From Octopus bimaculoides (taxonomy: Eukaryota), in the NCBI RefSeq assembly GCF_001194135.2, contig NC_069001.1, positions 26,991,501 to 27,042,349 of the forward strand: 50,849 bases of DNA, given 5' to 3'. Every line of letters starts with the position of its first letter. Positions within the stretch are counted from its first letter, which is position 1. Below are positions 26,501 through 40,382 of the stretch, in pieces. The notes beneath the pieces were generated by a model. It saw nothing but the letters and a program-made list of their open reading frames with translations. It made no database searches and was not told the origin of the DNA. The position numbers and the translations under genes were made by a program.

Positions 26501-27564
26501 GATACCGATAGAATAATTTGCAGAATTAAAAAAAAAACATAAATACCAAGGTAGATATTTTTTGGCTAAAATCTTTTAAGATGTTGCCCCGGCATGGATG
26601 GAATCCAATGAGTGAAACGATTAAAAGATACAAGGCAAAAGTTAAATGATTTCTACTCGACAAATTCCAATGCTCTCGAATAACTGCACAATTAATATTT
26701 TGCTTAGCAATTGGAATTTTGTAAACGATCTGGGCAACGATGAAACTAGTATATATTATCACACAAAATGCAATTGTACGCAAACAAATCCTTCACTAAT
26801 TGAAACAATGAATAGAATTCCTTCTCAGTTTGAACGTCTCTCATCTAGATAACAATAATGAGCCATCTGTGCAAGTGCTTCATTAGTTACAATTCTCAAA
26901 ACGTGTGTCAATTCCTCTCACTAATCAAATCATTTAACTGTTCATTATTATTATAAAGAAAGCCGTAGGGTGAAACAAATGGTACACATGTAACTATCTA
27001 TCATTATTTTTAAAACACATACACACGCACGTACATACACATATATACATGCACACATCCGCACACGTATATACATGCACATATGCATACAAGTATGTAT
27101 ATACATACATACACACACATAGATACAGCCTACATACATACATGTGGTGTGCATATACGGAGATGAATAGTTAGATAAGATGCATTGATATGTAGACAAA
27201 TGCTCTGTTAACGAGCAAAAAAATCCTGGTTTCGATCCCACTGTTTGGCAACTTGTGTTTTACGATAGTCTTCAAAAAACCGAAATTCGAATAGTGCAGT
27301 CAAGTGGGATAAAATATGAAAACAGGAAAATATAGATTAAAAATTCGTCAACAGTGCAGGGGAAATAAGATTGTAAATCTGATTGCAATGGTGAAATATG
27401 GTCAGAGTAGAATTGATTGCGAAAGAGCGGCAACAGATAAAGTTCAAGAAACTGAGCAAACAACAGGAACGAAAATGGTTGAAAGCTGTGTGAACGCAAT
27501 CTCATGCTCATTATAGACATATGTTTGGGAACATACGTGTATATGTATGTGTATAAAAGTATGC

Positions 27565-27595
<31 letters not shown>

Positions 27596-27834
27596 ATTAT
27601 GTGTAAACGTATACACACACTTACAGACACACGCACAAACATACATACATATTCCAGGAGAAGCTTCGAATTTCTATCCAAAAGGATTTTTCAACACAAT
27701 ATTTACATGCTATTATAAATAACTTTATGCGTGTGCTTCGAGATGTTCAATAAAAAGTGGTTTATATCACGCTCTCTCGAACGTTCATAAAATTCTTATG
27801 ACGTCAACAGTACATGCATACAAATACATCAAAT

Positions 27835-27870
<36 letters not shown>

Positions 27871-27906
27871 ATATATACTTATATGTATGTTGTTGCGTGA
27901 GTATTT

Positions 27907-28009
<103 letters not shown>

Positions 28010-28647
28010 CATACATGCATCTGTTGCGTGCCTTATACTTTTTTGCAATACTTTAATATTAAAAATTAATGCCTCACTGAACGCAGATCATATTCTGCTG
28101 TTACATTTTTCATATTCCGCTTGATAAAACTTGATAAAACTTATCAGATATTTTCTTTGTTCTCTCAAGTCTGTTCTTCCAATTCCTATTTTTTATTTTA
28201 TCTTTATTTTATTTATATTGCTGGGTGGGCAAGGAATCAGATATCCAACATAGAAAGTCTACATTTCTTTCTAAGATAGTACAAAACAAGCTGCATAATC
28301 TCTCGCTTGTAGACACACGCACATAGACTGAAAAGTACCAGATGTATAGAAGAGAGACAGATAGCTTTTTGTAGTATTTCTTCTTAGTCCAGCCTTAGAT
28401 AAATATCAAATGTACATCAATGATATGTTCTTGGCATCAACTTATTGTTATCTCATGTTCTTCTGTATTAGTACTTCTTTCCGTCAGAAAATGAAAATGT
28501 GATGATGAGAGATGCATATAACTGTATTATTACATATCTCTCTTTCGGTTTCTTACTGTAACATACAGCGTTTCACTCTCCTACTTGTCCTCGCTCTCAT
28601 GAACGCACTCACTCAGCATACATAGAGACATAAATACTTATACATAC

Positions 28648-28726
<79 letters not shown>

Positions 28727-29189
28727 TGATTATAATATTTTTATCATATGTATATCTCGACACAAATGCACATATACACACAAAAACGTATATATTTTTG
28801 TGTGGGTGTATTTGTGTGTGTATATAAACATGTACATATTTTTACATAATATATATATATGTGCGTGTGTGTATACATGTATATATGTGTATGTGCCTAT
28901 GTCTTCACAACAAAGATCATACGCAAACACACACGCACACACAGAGGCACACACTCACGTCAGTACATGCCAGTGAGTAAGTATGTGGGTGTGTAGGTAT
29001 GTGTGTGCCTGTGAGTTTAGAAAATGCTTTAAGATCAATGAGATCTGTGTTCTCACTTATATTTAAACAAAAAATATAACTTACATTTATTTGTAAGCTG
29101 TATAACTTGTAATGATCAACGATATCGATACGGTCATATATATCAATAAAAGAATATTTATATGCATTTATACATACATATAGATATAC

Positions 29190-29274
<85 letters not shown>

Positions 29275-29630
29275 TACATACATACATATATATTTATATA
29301 TATACATATATATGTGCACACATATGTGCGTATATATGTGTTGTGTGTTTGTGCCTCTGTGTGTGTGTGTGTGTATGTACACACGCACACACACACACAT
29401 ATATATATGAAGGTTTTTACTTCAGTATGTGTGCCTAGAGATTAGAACACTCTAGATTATGCGAGTAAAATCTTCTTACCGAAATACTCAATATACAAAA
29501 CTACTAAGTTGTGAATCTGTAAAGCAAAAAATTATTCCCAGTTTCATCAAAACATACGTTTGCGTGTGTGTGTGTGTGTGTGTGTGTTTAGTTGTATTGT
29601 ATGTAAATCTGCTTTATATACTCAGGTTTA

Positions 29631-29678
<48 letters not shown>

Positions 29679-30036
29679 TTAGAGACAGGTGAATGAGAAA
29701 AGTCCGTAAGTAAATTTATAAATGGAGAAACAGATGCATAAATAGACAGACAGACAGACATACACACACAGGTAGGTAGGATTATTATTCTTATACAAGA
29801 ATGTTATTGACAGTGTATAAAAATAATAAACTTGTACTCTACAAATATATAGAGTAACCCATCAGATAAACGTGAGATGATTTTTACTATATCTGAACAT
29901 AAAAACAAGCATTAACATAGATAGACAGATAGATTGATAGATATATATAGAGAGAGAGAGTGAGAGACAAACAGACAGACAGACAGGTAGACAGACAGGC
30001 ACATAGTCAGACCGAGTGACTGACTGACTGACTTAC

Positions 30037-30132
30037 CAACTGATAGCCGACGTTGATGTTTCTCCGTGGCGTTAAATCCGGTTTCCGAGTTTTAACATGT
30101 TCTTGAAATCCGAGCTGAAGACTAGATGATAG
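30037..30132 (-). other. Candidate antisense exon, 96 nt
   Basis: Minus-strand acceptor CATTCCTTACCCTCTTGTTCAG and donor TTG/GTAAGT; one open frame LSSSLQLGFQEHVKTRKPDLTPRRNINVGYQL; no homology recognised. Confidence 0.35.
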
Positions 30133-30270
30133 CTGAACAAGAGGGTAAGGAATGCAGGCTGACCGTCAAAAAAAAAAAAAATCTATATAAAAAAAAAAAT
30201 CCTACTAGATATTGACTCTTTCTCTTTGTGGCATTCAAAGATAGACAGACAGACAGACCGACTGACAGTC

Positions 30271-30321
<51 letters not shown>

Positions 30322-33300
30322 CGTACGGATGGACACAAAGACAGATGGATAGATTGATAAGTAGATAGAGAGGAGATAGACAGACAGACAGACAGATTGA
30401 TGTTACACAGCTGTTCCACATACGAGCAATGTTATATAGAAACTTAATGCGTAAACATTGGACATAATGGAGGACTTTAAACAAACATAATACGATAACT
30501 ATTCTACAATTTCCATAAGATTTCGGTCCTCTGTACTATCTGTAAATTTCTTAGACAGTTTTGAGTGCAAAATATCGCAAAATACGATCTTTGTCATTTT
30601 CGATTTTCGGATCAATATCTTGTTATGTTTGGTCTCTTACAATTAAATACATAAAATGAATACAACAGAAAGATTCAGTGAATCATTGAAACTTTTCTTC
30701 ATCTTCTTTTTCCTATATTTTTATAGTTTCATTATTCCTATATAATATCGCACACAATATCTTATATATATTCTTTTCATCTGAATTTTGACATTTTTCT
30801 CTTTACCACATGCTTTTGAATTGCTCCATTCCATAATCATTCGATATTTCCTTTTATCTATTGGAATATACGACAATGCATGTCGATGTTCATGGCTGTG
30901 TATATAGCTATACATATATGCATATGTGTGCGTGCGTGTGTATGGATATATGTATGTATGCATGTACGTATATNNNNNNNNNNNNNNNNNNNNNNNNNNN
31001 NNNNNNNNNNNNNNNNNNNNNNNNNNNNNNNNNNNNNNNNNNNNNNNNNNNNNNNNNNNNNNNNNNNNNNNNNNNNNNNNNNNNNNNNNNNNNNNNNNNN
31101 NNNNNNNNNNNNNNNNNNNNNNNNNNNNNNNNNNNNNNNNNNNNNNNNNNNNNNNNNNNNNNNNNNNNNNNNNNNNNNNNNNNNNNNNNNNNNNNNNNNN
31201 NNNNNNNNNNNNNNNNNNNNNNNNNNNNNNNNNNNNNNNNNNNNNNNNNNNNNNNNNATATATATATATATATATAATCATATATATGCCCCAGGGCATT
31301 ATGTGGTTAGCCTGACATTTAACATTTATTGTACGAAAGTAACATACATGGTTTAGAATAAATGCTGTGACAAAGTACCCCTACAAACATTCAGAACATT
31401 CCTGGTTACTGACTTCAAGATCCTTACATTATTTGTTATATATTCAGATAGGGATATCAAATTGGCTGTGGAACTTATTGCCAAAGAAGTGACCAGATAT
31501 ATTAAAATATCCAGTCGTTCAACATCTATTGATAACCAAAGAAGGGAATTTTCATAGGGGTTAATTAAAATAATCTGCCTTTACGTGTATGGATCACGAA
31601 TCTTAGCAAGTATATGCCCATGCATTTCGACGCTGTAATATTTATTTGCTCACAAGGGCCTTCAGGTGCAGTTGAATGCAGACAGCGAGGAATAGTAGTT
31701 CCCTCTACCCTAAACTAACAAACAGAATAGCCAAAGTGTGACTGCTGCTTGAAGTTACTGTCTTAAGCACCTAAAATTGTCCACCAGTCATCCCTACAAT
31801 TGATAACCAGATTTTTTTCTGATATATGGTCAGAAATCTGAACGTAAACAGTGGTAAGAAAACTACTAATGAACTTAAGATACCGTAAATGAGATTTGTT
31901 CCTAATGCAGCTACCACTCTTGACGCAAGAGCAAGTTATCGGAATAGGTTGAACATCAGATAATACGCCGGCTGTTCTGCCTCACTGGATATAAATCCTG
32001 TTGTGGTCAAATATACTTGTCATCCTAGTCAAGTACTTGTGTAGCTGTCAAGTATTGTGATCAGTTTATTGGATTTCACTAGTTACGTGCTTAAATCAGG
32101 ATAAATTACTATTTTATATTTAATAGTTGTTGTTGTTTTGTTGTTAGATGGAAACGTTTTTTGTCTTTTATTTTTTATTTATCTTTGCATATTAATTGCT
32201 TATGTTTATTACGAAATAAACTTTCGTGTTTAAAGAATTTTTACTATAGAAACTATATCCCTGAAGAACAAGTAATAAGAACTACACAAGAGGTGAAATG
32301 GATGAGAGGATAAAGTATTCTATAGCTTGCTGCAAAGTCCAAATCTGTTATTTTTCGTTATATCTCTGGACAGAACATATTATCTTTTAGTTCGCCTCAT
32401 TTCATTTGCCAGTCGGAAAAATTAGCCTCGGTACTTCTGGGAATATTTCTAGAGATAGACTGGCGTCCTATCAAAATGGCGATATATTACTTATCTGAAA
32501 ACAGCCAGAGAATGGATCTGAGGGTCGTCTTTTAAAAGTCCTCCAGTGATTTAGAATGAAAATAAATTTCACAGTCAAGCTTCACCCCATCCTTATCCAC
32601 TTGTTATTTATATCTTTGTCTGGAGGTCTATTTGTAAGCACTTAAATATGTGTGCTATGTATGTATGTATGTATGTATCTTCGTATGTATATATTATAAC
32701 TGCATGTATTATAACTGTATGTATATGTGCATGTTTGTGTGTACATGTATATTTCCCAGTATCAACAATTCACCAAATTCTTAAACATATATGATGGTTA
32801 TATCAGAAATATTGCGAATAGTTATCACACTGTCGAAATATATAATAACCGAAGACTATAGCATCTATTTGATTTAAGAAGTATTAAATATCATTTATCT
32901 CCGTTCAGATTTCATTGCGAAATGACATTGCATATGGAAACTTTAGGATCGATAAAATAAGTTCCTGTAATTAATATATTGATTGATATTGACTTAAGTA
33001 ACTTTAATACTGATTGGTTTTTCAGTGAAGTGGATTTAATGGTTGTCAGTGCAAATATCTTTATTGCTAAAGAGGAAACAATTTTAAATTTATATATTTG
33101 TTTCTCTGAAATATAAAAGGGAGCTATTGTTTAATAATGGATATGCGAGTGTTAAGTTGCTGATTCGGTTTGTATTTGTATTATATCCGCTTTCCATGAC
33201 ATTATGAGCTAATATTATGCTGGACAAGATTCTATCCGTTGTACAACGCTTGCTTACAGAATTGCTTTTCTGCTTAGTGAGAAGCAATAAGTGCTCACTT

Positions 33301-33715
33301 CCGATTCCCCTTTATACACTGTTTGAACACAACTTTCTGTAATTGTCTGGAAATATATTTCTAACTGAATGCCTTTGTTATACTGAACGATTATATTTCA
33401 ATGTAACAATTACACGATATCAACTGGGCTCTCGTTTTCATGTCTGTGATTTGCCAACTTATATCCCTTCACCTTCTTTGAAATTGTCACCGGCAACGAT
33501 ATAATTTGCAAGCAGTGTGTGATTATCAGGTGGTACTACAAAACACTAAAAGCGAGGAAGCCTTCATACAGTTGCTCACCATTTAAAGGGGAAAGATAGC
33601 AACAGGATCACCTGAAACATCCATCTCTACCCTCCCTGTAGGGACTCTCATAGTAAAATAATCTTTAGTCGTGCAGGGTTTCTTTGATCGGAGTATATTT
33701 CGGTCTAGAAGCCAC

Positions 33716-33822
33716 TACCACTGCAACTACTACAACTACTACTGTTGCTGCTTCCGTATGCTGCTGCTGCTGGTTTTTGCCACTTCTGCTATCACCAATA
33801 TTACTATTACTGCTGCTGTTAA

Positions 33823-33865
<43 letters not shown>

Positions 33866-34172
33866 GATGATGATGATGATACTACTGCTGCTGCTGCTGT
33901 TGCGCCTGTTAATGCTGCTACTGTTGCTACTACGACTACTACTACTATTATTGCTGCTACTGTTGCTACTACGACTACTACTACTATTATTGCTGCTACT
34001 GTTGCTACTACGACTACTACTACTACTATTATTGCTGCTACTGTTGCTACTACGACTACTACTACTACTATTATTGCTGCTACTGTTGCTACTACGACTA
34101 CTACTACTACTATTATTGCTGCTACTGTTGCTACTACGACTACTACTACTACTATTATTGCTGCTACTGTTG

Positions 34173-34236
<64 letters not shown>

Positions 34237-34410
34237 CACCACCACCACCATCGCTGCTGTTACTTCTGCTGTTACTGCTGCTACTACTGCTTCTGTTTTA
34301 CCACTCCTACTATAACCACCACTACTACTACTTTTACTATCATTTTTGCTGCTACCGTTGCGACTACTACTACTACTACTACTACTGCAACAACAACAAG
34401 AACAACATAC
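33716..34410. repeat. Trinucleotide (ACT/GCT/CCA) tract containing a 39-42 bp minisatellite
   Basis: Unit GCTGCTACTGTTGCTACTACG(ACT)nATTATT, seven copies from 33914. Confidence 0.95.
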
Positions 34411-35119
34411 TAGTTGTAGATTTAGCAGGAGACCAATCGTTTTAATCGATGACTGTTGTTCAACGAGTAATACGATGGTTCAAATAGATTCGAGTCTGAC
34501 TTACAAGAAAGCAACACAAAGTTAATGTATATTTTCACGAATCATTACCTGGAGACAAAATTTTAAATAGTTCTTCTATGTTCGTCTAGATAATGGACTA
34601 TTACTTACTGACAATCAATAACCGTATGAAGTGCTGAAGTTAACTGAGTTGATGTGACGTTAGATTGCCCGCTGAAATATTGTTTTAATTTTTATATAGA
34701 TACGAACGGCAATAAGTTTTGACCTTGTACAAGACAAGAAGCACTCTAATAACTGAGTGTCTCTTTGACTGGTGGAGAACAATTATTGTTTTTAGTGTTG
34801 TATAGCTCTGGGTTAGTTTCCATCGAATGTAATAAGTACGGTATAGAAATGGCCGTCTGAACGATTACACTTCACTCACGGAGTTGCGGTTTCAGATAAA
34901 GTTTATTGAAAACACAGACGTTTAGAGAAGAATTTTTTGAAGTTATAGTATGAGAGTCTAAATCAGTGATTCTCAGCAGGAATCTGTATGACCCCTTGGA
35001 GTCTGAATAAGATTCTGGGGGTCCACACAAGCTAAAGAGTAAATTGGGCCCACAGCAGTATATCTAAAGTCCATGAAAAGTTTAAGCTCTAGATTTATTT
35101 TATTTATGTTTTTCGTATA

Positions 35120-35312
35120 TCTTTTACTTGTTTCAATCATTTGACTGCAGCCGTGCTGGAGCACCACCTTGAAGGGTTTTAGTCGAAGAAATTCACACCT
35201 GAACTTTATTTTTAAGCTGGGTATTTATTCCATCGGTGTCCTTTACCGAACCGCTATGTTAAGGGTACGTAAATACACCAACACCGGTTGTCAAGCGATT
35301 GTGGGAGACAAA
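35120..35312 (-). mobile_element. SINE family A, 3' half
   Basis: TTTTACTTGTTTCAATCATTTGACTGCAGCCGTGCTGGAGCACC...CCGGTTGTCAAGCG. Confidence 0.85.
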
Positions 35313-36167
35313 TACAGACAATGACACACGTACGCACTCATGCGCACGCACGCACACACGCACGCACGCACACACACACAGCGNNNNNNNNNNNNNNNNN
35401 NNNNNNNNNNNNNNNNNNNNNNNNNNNNNNNNNNNNNNNNNNNNNNNNNNNNNNNNNNNNNNNNNNNNNNNNNNNNNNNNNNNNNNNNNNNNNNNNNNNN
35501 NNNNNNNNNNNNNNNNNNNNNNNNNNNNNNNNNNNNNNNNNNNNNNNNNNNNNNNNNNNNNNNNNNNNNNNNNNNNNNNNNNNNNNNNNNNNNNNNNNNN
35601 NNNNNNNNNNNNNNNNNNNNNNNNNNNNNNNNNNNNNNNNNNNNNNNNNNNNNNNNNNNNNNNNNNNNNTATATATATTTAATTCAAACGTGTACGCACA
35701 CGCGCACAAATGTGTGGCTGTGAAGTAAATTTCTTACTCAACACCCACGCTTGCGCTTATTGCAAGGAAAAAAGAAACACCTAGGTTTCTTTCTCTGATG
35801 TTTTCCATAGTTCAATCTATACAAGTGAATGTGTGAAAAACAAAATAGGCATTTCGAAAGAAATATCTGTAAAATGAATTTTTAAACATTGAGTGGTTAT
35901 GGAGGCCCACCTGAGTAGAATAGTTATCAAAGGAATCGTAAGTAAAAAATGGTTGGATAACATTGATATAAATATATATAATATCCGCTGGGCATTTTAA
36001 TTCTCTGCGTATCTATAATCACGTGATTGTCACAGTGGTATTGTATGAAGTGGACTCGGTCAGAGCCTGGCAATTTATTTATATTCCTCGGGAAGTATCT
36101 ACAGCAAATCAGTTTAATCTTGTAAGCATCGTAGATACCACACCGTGCTATACTTTCCAGCATTCCT

Positions 36168-36250
36168 CCTCTCAGTATACTGAGTTCAAATCTCGTCGAA
36201 TTCAATTTTACTTCGTCTCATTTTGAGGTGTCGATAAATTGCGGATCAGT
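36168..36250 (+). mobile_element. SINE family B fragment
   Basis: CTGAGTTCAAATCTCGTCGA...GTGTCGATAAATT. Confidence 0.5.
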
Positions 36251-37497
36251 TCAATATTGTAGGTAGACCTTCTCTCTCCTTATATCTCTTCTATTTCTCA
36301 TTCTTTCTCTCTATCTATCTATCTATCTATCTCTCTCTATCTCTCTTCTTTCTCTCTCTCTCATGCACATATACTCATCCTCTCTCCCATTCTCTCTCTC
36401 TTCACTTCTCTCTCACATGCTCATTCTTACTCTCTCTCCCTCCTCCTGTTTCTCAATTATGACAAAGCTTATATACAAACCACAGACGTTTTATTTCAGG
36501 TAATCCTGACTCAGAGCAGTTCAAAATATATTGAACACACCGTCAGTGTGATGATTTCAGCATGTATTATGTTCACTGAATACCTGTAATTCCCCTATCA
36601 ATCTCTCTTTCCTCTTCTTTCTCTCATTTCCTTTCTCTCCCTTCCTTCTATCTTATGCTTTGTCTATCTTTCTATGTATGTATGTATGTATGTATCTATC
36701 TATCTATCTATCTATCTATATATATATATATCGATGTATCTGTTTGTCCATCTATCTATTTATGCATCTATTGATCTGTCTGTCTGTCTCATTCAATTGG
36801 TCATCTGTCATTCTCGTGTCTTTGTAATACTTGATCATTCAGAAATTTCTTCCATGTCTCGGAAATCAGTTCGTCAAACACTACGTTGTTGATCGAAACT
36901 GACGAAGCAATTATTCCGTTTAAAGGGTAGTTTTGAAGAATTTCGTTGTGCTGGTCAGTAGCGCTCTGCATCAGATTATTACTGATTACATATTGATTGG
37001 TCTCATTAATTCACTTGTCATAGAAACACTACATGAATGTAGTCTTTAACCCTTTGCCTGCCTTGTGATACACACGCCATATTTCCCTGGCTTCTATTCA
37101 GCAAATATGATAGGCCTTCACGGTTTATTACAAGATTCAAAGTAATTTGGAATTAATGAAAGGAAAATTTTGCATTACTCAGAGTATATAAAATAAGGGT
37201 GAAGTGAACGTCTGAAAACGAGCATCGGAATTGGGAGAAACTTATAAAAATGCTTTGGTAGGCAAAGAGTTAAATTGTGTATCTAAGAATTGTGTAAATA
37301 GTGTAATTTCACCTGCAAAGAGCTTCTGTCAGTGCTTGATAATCTCAAAACAAGAATGCTTATGATTTCATCAAGGAGAGCTTTGTTTTGGCTCTCAGTT
37401 GTAACTGACTTGAGAAGTATGTTGGTGTTTAAAATCGGCTTTTTCTCTACAATGTCAGATTTTATACCTGTTATATCAGCTACCATACTATCGTTTT

Positions 37498-37882
37498 TGT
37501 GGAGGCGCAATGTAGTGGAGGTTAGAGTAGCGGACTCGCGGTCATAGGATCGCGGTTTTGATTCCTAGACCGGGCGTTGTGAGTGTTTATTGAGCGAAAA
37601 CACCTAAAGCTCCTCGAGGCTCCGGCAGGAGTTGGTGGCGAACCCTGCTGTACTCTTTCACCAAAACTTTCTCTCACTCTTACTTCCTGTTTCTGTTGTG
37701 CCTGTAATTCAAAGGGCCAGCCTTGTCACTCTGTGTCACGCTGAATATCCCCCGAGAACTACGTTAAGGATACACGTGTGTGTCGAGAGCTCAGCCACTT
37801 GCACGTTAATTTCACGAGCAGGCTGTTCCGTTTATCGGATCAACTGGAACCCTCGTCGTCGTCGTCGTAGGTGCCAACAACA
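37498..37882 (+). mobile_element. SINE family C, full length, with 11-bp target-site duplication
   Basis: tRNA-like head, body, (GTC)n/(AAC)n tail; ATACTATCGTT at 37485-37495 and 37883-37893. Confidence 0.9.
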
Positions 37883-40008
37883 ATACTATCGTTGTAAGTA
37901 CAGAATGTAATTTAAGTCTAAACATCATGAATCAAGAGGCTGCCCTTAGCTTTGTCTGCCTTCCGTTTCGTCTACTTATCACATATGAACAGAGGGGAAA
38001 ATAAAAAGATATTTTGCTAGCATCAGCAACTCGACCAGGTGACATTATTCATACTTCCGATTGAACGTAATGTATGCATAACCTTTAGAAAAATCAGAAG
38101 TCTTTCTAATATTGTCAGCTGTAACCAAATGTTTCGCTAATATATTCAGCCTGTCCAAAAAATATCTCTAGCTTTCTGTGTAACAGAAAATAACAAAAAA
38201 AATTACAAAATATATTTTTTTAAATTGAAAAAAATAATAATTTGTTTCAATTTATAACATTATATTTCTATGTTTTGTCTGACATTTTCTAAAATTAAAT
38301 TTGGTGGATATTTCTAGATACGATTAATTGAAAGTAGACAGTTTTAATTACATCAACTAGAGGTGTTATCATATATTTTGCATGTACTTTGTTTGCTAGG
38401 TGTAATTATATTTTATATTTTGTTGTCTATTTTTATGAGTTCTTTAAAGACATATATATATATTTCATTTTGTGGTGACTCGTATTTTGTATGATTTCTT
38501 CAATAATTATGTGCTGATATTTTTTTTAAATGGACATATAGATACACAAAAATATATATGTATATAGACAGATATATCTAGTTATGTTTTATAGTTCACA
38601 CGATGCCAAACCTGACATCATCAGACGTCAGATATTTATATTACAATGTTAACTATGAATATCACATTACATTAAAAGATCGACGCATAGATGCTCTCAT
38701 TATGGTGAAATAAAACGATCTACAAATCAAGAGAATCTTTAAAGATTTCACCTCATTGTACTGTGAACCCAAACATATGTAACTAATTACAGAAGCATAA
38801 ATGAACAGATACTGTGGTTTCATTCGCATCGAAGACAACATAGATTTTTATTCATTTGCAGAAAATAAGGTAGGACAGTTACTGTATTGATCACACAGCC
38901 TAATGAAGCAGGAAGAAATCTCATATCTTGACAATCACACTTTCTTTGTCTTTAATCCCTTCAATGAAAAATGAGATTTCATGGTTATTCCGGTAATATT
39001 GTTAAATATCTACCAAATATAGAAGTGAATTTTCTGCACGTCACATTTCTTCATTAAACTTGACATATCTCAACAGAAAATAGTTTCAAATATGATTTTC
39101 CTCAGTGAAAGATACATTGGTATATAAAAATGCTTGCCGTAGTTAAAGGTAAAGAGACTTTGAGTGGAATCCGCAGTAAAAGTGTTAGCATCATGTCATT
39201 TGTGAAGAATTCTTGATTCTTCAAATTTTCCCCATTTTTTTTCATTTCTACTTGTTCCCGTTTCGAAGCGAATACGTGTTCCATTTTTTCTGAAAGCGGA
39301 GATATATTCAAGAAATTAAGTACTTCTCTTTATGGAATGTCATATACCCTTACTCGTCTTTGCTGTTTGGATATATGTGACAGGCCATTGTGAGTTGTGT
39401 TACATAATTCATTTAGTTTTCACACTAAATTTAGTTTTAGTGCGTACTAGAGTGTAAAATATGTAGAAATACAGAGTGTGATTATTTCATTCGGCATAGT
39501 GCATCTTATGGCAATACCTAAGAACGTGTATGCATGTTCATTAGTGTTAATCTCTGTATATCTATTAAGGTTCCACAAAAAAGTTAAGTCCTGTAGTTGT
39601 TATTATATTTACTTGTATACATCATATTTATACCTTTATTTCAATTTATAAACATTGTGGCATAAGAAATAAATCGTTCTTAAAAATGGAACTCGAAGCA
39701 AATAAAGCTATAAAAATACCATATAGAAAATTGGATTAAAAAATACCTTGAGTAAAAAAAAAAACAAGGTCGAAGGCTGACCATATGACTTGAACCATAG
39801 ACGTTTGTCTTCATCCACGATTTTTTTCTCACCACAATATTCTACACGCCATAATTATAACTTCACCAATTTCGAGTCTCATCCTTCGAGTTCTTAATGA
39901 TTTATCATATCTTATACCTACATTTCCGCATGTGTGTGTGTATTTATGTATGCATGTATGTATACTGACAAGTCACGTGTATTACATATTCTTCAATTTC
40001 TTTTGCAG

Positions 40009-40164
40009 GGGCATTGTTCGAACCTGAGAACGAAGGCCCGAAACTGGCGTTTATGAGTGCAATCGAAAAGGTGAATCTTAAGAATGAGATTCTACCTCAG
40101 ACGTTACTTATATACGACGTTTTGAAGGTTCAACCTCAGGATAGTTTTCAGGCATCAAATTTAG
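40009..40164 (+). CDS. GRIK2-like: Internal coding exon of a kainate-type ionotropic glutamate receptor, start of amino-terminal (LIVBP-like) domain
   Basis: Acceptor TTTCTTTTGCAG ends at 40008, donor GTAAGT starts at 40165; 156 nt, phase 1-1. Translation (G)ALFEPENEGPKLAFMSAIEKVNLKNEILPQTLLIYDVLKVQPQDSFQASNL aligns by eye with vertebrate GluK2 GGIFE...[41 protein letters not shown]. Exact orthology cannot be set from one exon. Confidence 0.92.
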
Positions 40165-40382
40165 GTAAGTCATTTCCACCTGTCTCCTCATTACCAAGTT
40201 CCTTCAGTTATTTCAATTTATTTTCAGGTTTGTACTTTTTAAATGTTTCAATATGGATCATTAGAATTTTGTTTTGTCTTCTAAAATTGCAAAGCTGAAT
40301 TTAAAGAAATGTTAGAATTAAAAAGAGTCCTCGTAAAATAAATCGCGGTCAGAAAATATTTAATATGGACTATAAATAAAGA

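Noticed and set aside
31449-31558. Frame DRDIKLAVELIAKEVTRY... after an acceptor-like site
   Set aside because: Ends in a stop without a donor; no convincing homology.
33671-34445. Mucin-like poly-Thr, poly-Leu and poly-Val ORFs
   Set aside because: Trinucleotide repeats lacking stops in several frames; no splice or domain support.
37498-37575. tRNA-like heads here and in other SINE copies as tRNA genes
   Set aside because: No complete cloverleaf; they continue into SINE bodies.
40165-40298. Extension of ORF 40014-40298 past the exon
   Set aside because: Homology ends at the GTAAGT donor; the remainder is intron read-through.
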